64,000 nucleotides of DNA from an uncultured Armatimonadetes bacterium. Its GTDB lineage: Bacteria; Armatimonadota; UBA5829; DTJY01. The stretch is taken from the NCBI GenBank assembly GCA_963717145.1, contig OY970325.1, forward strand, positions 2,272,001 to 2,336,000. The letters run 5' to 3'. Position numbers and translations under genes: made by a program. How positions within the stretch are numbered: position 1 is the first letter of the stretch; each line of letters begins with the position of its first letter. Below, piece after piece: positions 60,549 to 64,000 of this stretch. A model generated the notes under the pieces. The model worked only from the letters and a program-made list of their open reading frames with translations, had not been told where the DNA came from and made no database searches.

Positions 60549-62005
60549 ATGCCCGTCACCGAACCCGATGTGCCAGGAGCCGCGAGTTGATAGATCGACT
60601 GAGCAGCCTGCTTCAGCCGCATGGATATAGCGTCTACCCACGGTCATTCCGAACGACCGGCGGCGGCGACATCTTCGTCGCGCGCCGTGGGACCAGGAAG
60701 CTGATCGGACTCGCAAGACCCGATGCGCGCGTCCTGTTGGATGCGTGCGTCTTCGGGCCGGTCAAGCTCCCTACCAGCGAGATCATGAGCCTGCATACGC
60801 CGACGTGGGAGAACTACGAGGCGCTCCGACTCCTCATGCCGCTCGGCCCGACCCGATGCGACCGGGACGCGTCCATCGGCATGGGGGACCGGCTCGGAAT
60901 GGTGACCGCCGCGCACCTGAATGCGCTCGGCAAGTGTCCAGTCTTCCCGGTGATCGCCCAACAGTCGCCGAGGGAGTTGCGCAAGACCGGGCGCACGTTC
61001 AAAGGCGTGCTGCTCGATGCCGTCATGGGCGTGCTGGAGGTCGGGTTCACGGGGACGTGGGGCGCGGACGCCGATCACATCAAGGAAGAGGCGCAGCTCA
61101 TCGAGGCAGTCCGCGCGGGATACAGCATGTACACGCTGGACCTCAGCGGATGGACTGAGTCGCCTGATCAATCCCATCCTTCCCATCTGTCTCATCCGTC
61201 CCATCTGAGCCGCCGGATCGTGGAGAAGTGCTCAGGCCTGGAGGTCGCAGGTCACACGGTATCGGAGGAGGAACTCATCCGCTCGGCGACGATCTACCAG
61301 GCCGCGATGGAGAACGCCGTGCGCTTCCACGAAGGCATCAGAAGCTCGATCCCGAGCTTCGACCTCGAGATATCCATCGACGAGGGCTCGAAGCAGACCT
61401 CGCTCGAAGACCATCTCTTCGTCGCCGAATACCTCCACGCGCAGGGGATCGAGTTCACGAGCCTCGCGCCGAAGTTCCCGGGCAAGTTCCGCAAGGGGAT
61501 CGACTACATCGGCGAGGGGCCGGTGCTCACCGCCTCGATGGAGATGCACGCGGCGCTCGCCCGGATGATCGGCGGCTACAAGCTGAGCCTCCACTCCGGG
61601 AGCGACAAGATCAGCGTGTATTGCCCGTTTCAGGACATCACGGAGGGGCGCTTCCACGTCAAGACCTCGGGCACATCGTGGCTGGAGGCGATGACGTTCA
61701 TCTCGCAGACGGACAAGCCGCTCTTCCGCGAGATGTACCGCGTCGCGCTCGACAACCTCAGTGAGAGCGTGAAGGCCTACGACACGGAGATCAACATCAA
61801 CGACTTCCCACAGGAGCTTCCCCGCGACACATACATCTCCCGCGCCGATGCGAATATGCGCCAACTCTGGCACATATCATACGGCGTCCTGCTCGATCAC
61901 TTCGGCGACGCCATCCGCGCGGTCCTCGCCGAACATGAGGCCAAGCACTACGAGTCGGTCCGAAACAACATCGCCGGGCATCTGTACCTGCTCCGTCCGC
62001 TCTGA
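60549..62005 (+). CDS. uxaE: Tagaturonate/fructuronate epimerase (start uncertain, possible 5-prime frameshift)
   Basis: GMGDRLG, AQQSPRE..TGR, GADADH, EISIDE, KLSLHSGSDK, HVKTSGTSWLEA. Confidence 0.88.
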
Positions 62006-62043
62006 TCCCAGTCGGCCTGCGCCCACTGTGATGGGTGCGGGCG

Positions 62044-63045
62044 CTACTTCGCCGGGTTCCACATGACCGCGTGTTCGTTGCCATCCTTGTCACGCGCCGC
62101 CCCGACGATGACGCCCGCGTCATTGATGTCATTCGCCCAACTCCCACGGCCGCCGAGCGTTCCCAGATCGGTCGGGACGCCGTTCGAATCCCAGACGACG
62201 GGGTGGATCTCGTTGTCGTCAGAGACGCACTGCCCGGCGATTACTCCCTTGCTGTTGATGCAGTCGGCGGAGCCGCCGCGGAAGCCTTCGGGCAGGTCCA
62301 GAATGGTGAACTTGCCGCTCCGGAGCACAAAGGGACGTTTTCCGACGGCGGTCGCATGGACGCCAACAACGGCCCCGTCGTCGGAGATGTCCTCCACGGC
62401 ACTCGGATCCAGCATGCCCTTGATGGGCCGCATCTTTCCGTTCTCCCACCACGCATGGTAGTACTTCTCGCCGCTGATCTTCATCGTGCACGCAGCCTGC
62501 CCCTTGTCGTTCAGTGCAACCATGTGGATGCCCGCCGTATGCGACGGCATCGGCAGAGCCTTCATAGTGCCGTTGTGGCGATAGGAAGGCTTCCAGTATC
62601 CTTTGTCATTGATGCACCAGCCGGCGATATCGCCCTGGTCGTTGATTGCAGAAGGGCTGACTGCTGCATATCCGGGCAGACCCCCGATCTTCTTGAAGAC
62701 GCCATTCCGCAGGACATACGCCCCACTCTTCGTAATGGTCAGAATCTGTCCCGCGTCGTTGATATCTGTGACCTGCGTTTCGTCCGCGGAGACAGGCGAC
62801 TTGACCTGCGTCATCCGGCCGTTCTCCCACAGGAACGACCGGATGAGGGGCTCGTCCTTGCCCTTGACCTTCCGCGCGAACTCGCACTTCCCAACCACCT
62901 GGCCCTTGTTGTTGAGAGCGATGGCGGTGCTGTTCACGGCCCCGGGGAGGATGCCGAGGTCCATGATAACGTACTTCGTCTCGGCGGTGGCGAGGTTGGC
63001 GGTGAGAAGGGTGAGGACGGTGATCGAATAGACGAGACGGCGCAT
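62044..63045 (-). CDS. Secreted HAF-repeat protein
   Basis: DLGTLGG..S.A.DIND.G.IVG....HAV.W repeats. Confidence 0.85.
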   Translation of the reverse strand: MRRLVYSITVLTLLTANLATAETKYVIMDLGILPGAVNSTAIALNNKGQVVGKCEFARKVKGKDEPLIRSFLWENGRMTQVKSPVSADETQVTDINDAGQILTITKSGAYVLRNGVFKKIGGLPGYAAVSPSAINDQGDIAGWCINDKGYWKPSYRHNGTMKALPMPSHTAGIHMVALNDKGQAACTMKISGEKYYHAWWENGKMRPIKGMLDPSAVEDISDDGAVVGVHATAVGKRPFVLRSGKFTILDLPEGFRGGSADCINSKGVIAGQCVSDDNEIHPVVWDSNGVPTDLGTLGGRGSWANDINDAGVIVGAARDKDGNEHAVMWNPAK

Positions 63046-63078
63046 GGCAATGCCTCCGATGGTGTGATCGATCGGGCG

Positions 63079-64000
63079 CTACTTGACCGGCGTCCACATG
63101 ACCGCGTGGGAGGCGCCGGACTTGTCGAGCGACATCCCGATGAGCACTCCCGAGTTGTTGATGCCGGTCGCTCCGCTGTGCTTGCCGCCGAGCGTCGGGA
63201 GCGCGGTCGGGACCCCGGCCTTGTCCCACACGACCGCGCGCGTTCCATCCTCACCGGCCGCGCAGTAGCCGCCGATCACGCCACCGCTGTTTATGCAGGC
63301 GGGCAGTGGATCCTTGAGGCCCTTCGGCGCTATCAGGTACTTGGGCACGCCGTTCCGCATGACGCAGGGATGACTCTTGTCCGCAACAGAGCACCTCCCG
63401 ATGATCGTCCCGTCGTCCGAGATGGCATTCGGCTGCACACGGATCCGCGCCGGATCGTACTTCAGGTCCCTGAGCTTGCCGTTCTCCCACATCACCATGC
63501 GATCCGCCGCCGACCCGTCGATCGTCCCGAGGATGGCCGTGATCTGCCCCTTGTTGTTGAGGCTGCCGTAGTGCAGGAAGGGGAAGCGGGCGGGCTTCTC
63601 GAGGACCTTGGTGACGCCGTTGCGCCAGAGGAAGAGCACGGACTGCTCCGGCTGCCATTTCTCCTTGAAGCCGAAGCCAAGCACTTGGCCGAGGTTGTTG
63701 AGCTGGCCACCCACTTTGGAGTAGCCGGGGGGCGGCTCGATCTTCGTCGCCTTGCCTCCCTGGATGACGAACATGCCCTCCTCGCCGCATATCAGGACCT
63801 GGGACAAGTCGTTGATGTCAATGAAGATGTCGCCCTTCTTCACCGGCGACTCGATCTCCGAGATGCGCCCCTTGTCCCACAGGAACGGGCGCATCGGGGG
63901 ACGCCCCGCGCCCTCGAAGCCCTTCCTGCTCCCGCTCTGGCCGACGATCTGCCCCTTGCTGTTGATGGCGGCGGCCGTGCTATCCGTGTCGCCGGGCAGG
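63079..64000 (-). CDS. Secreted HAF-repeat protein, paralog (5-prime end outside window)
   Basis: Same repeat; ends HAVMWTPVK versus HAVMWNPAK. Confidence 0.8.
   Translation of the reverse strand, partial: LPGDTDSTAAAINSKGQIVGQSGSRKGFEGAGRPPMRPFLWDKGRISEIESPVKKGDIFIDINDLSQVLICGEEGMFVIQGGKATKIEPPPGYSKVGGQLNNLGQVLGFGFKEKWQPEQSVLFLWRNGVTKVLEKPARFPFLHYGSLNNKGQITAILGTIDGSAADRMVMWENGKLRDLKYDPARIRVQPNAISDDGTIIGRCSVADKSHPCVMRNGVPKYLIAPKGLKDPLPACINSGGVIGGYCAAGEDGTRAVVWDKAGVPTALPTLGGKHSGATGINNSGVLIGMSLDKSGASHAVMWTPVK

Overview
High-GC bacterial chromosomal segment. The protein repertoire suggests Armatimonadota or a related lineage, but this is inference only. It holds housekeeping genes (coaE, rpsA, smc, gpsA, PBP1A, uppP, wecB, tagO-like, dCMP deaminase, glyA, rpiB, leuS), glycan/uronate catabolism genes (two heparinase II/III-like lyases, a BNR glycosidase, a DUF5696/GH129-like enzyme, uxaE, a LarA-family epimerase), an ANTAR/GAF two-component pair and many secreted repeat proteins. 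About ten genes, including essential ones, are split by single-base frameshifts, most likely long-read assembly errors. The DNA is densely populated by palindromic REP-like elements of several families; some sit in frame inside genes and five supply stop codons. Best leads: (1) a 175-177 bp fold-back MITE present twice, each copy with its own 9-bp target duplication and each exactly 16 bp upstream of a sigma70-type -35 box in the same orientation, i.e. a promoter-targeting Mutator/ISLre2-like non-autonomous element; (2) a bacterial presenilin/SPP-like GxGD intramembrane protease with all three signature motifs; (3) a Ycf46/Vps4-class AAA ATPase clustered with two beta-propeller proteins that carry a terminal RFxxLE peptide resembling ESCRT-III MIM1/PspA helix 5; (4) a lower-GC PocR + PilZ two-gene islet with no recognisable output domain. 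No rRNA, tRNA, CRISPR array or transposase was found.
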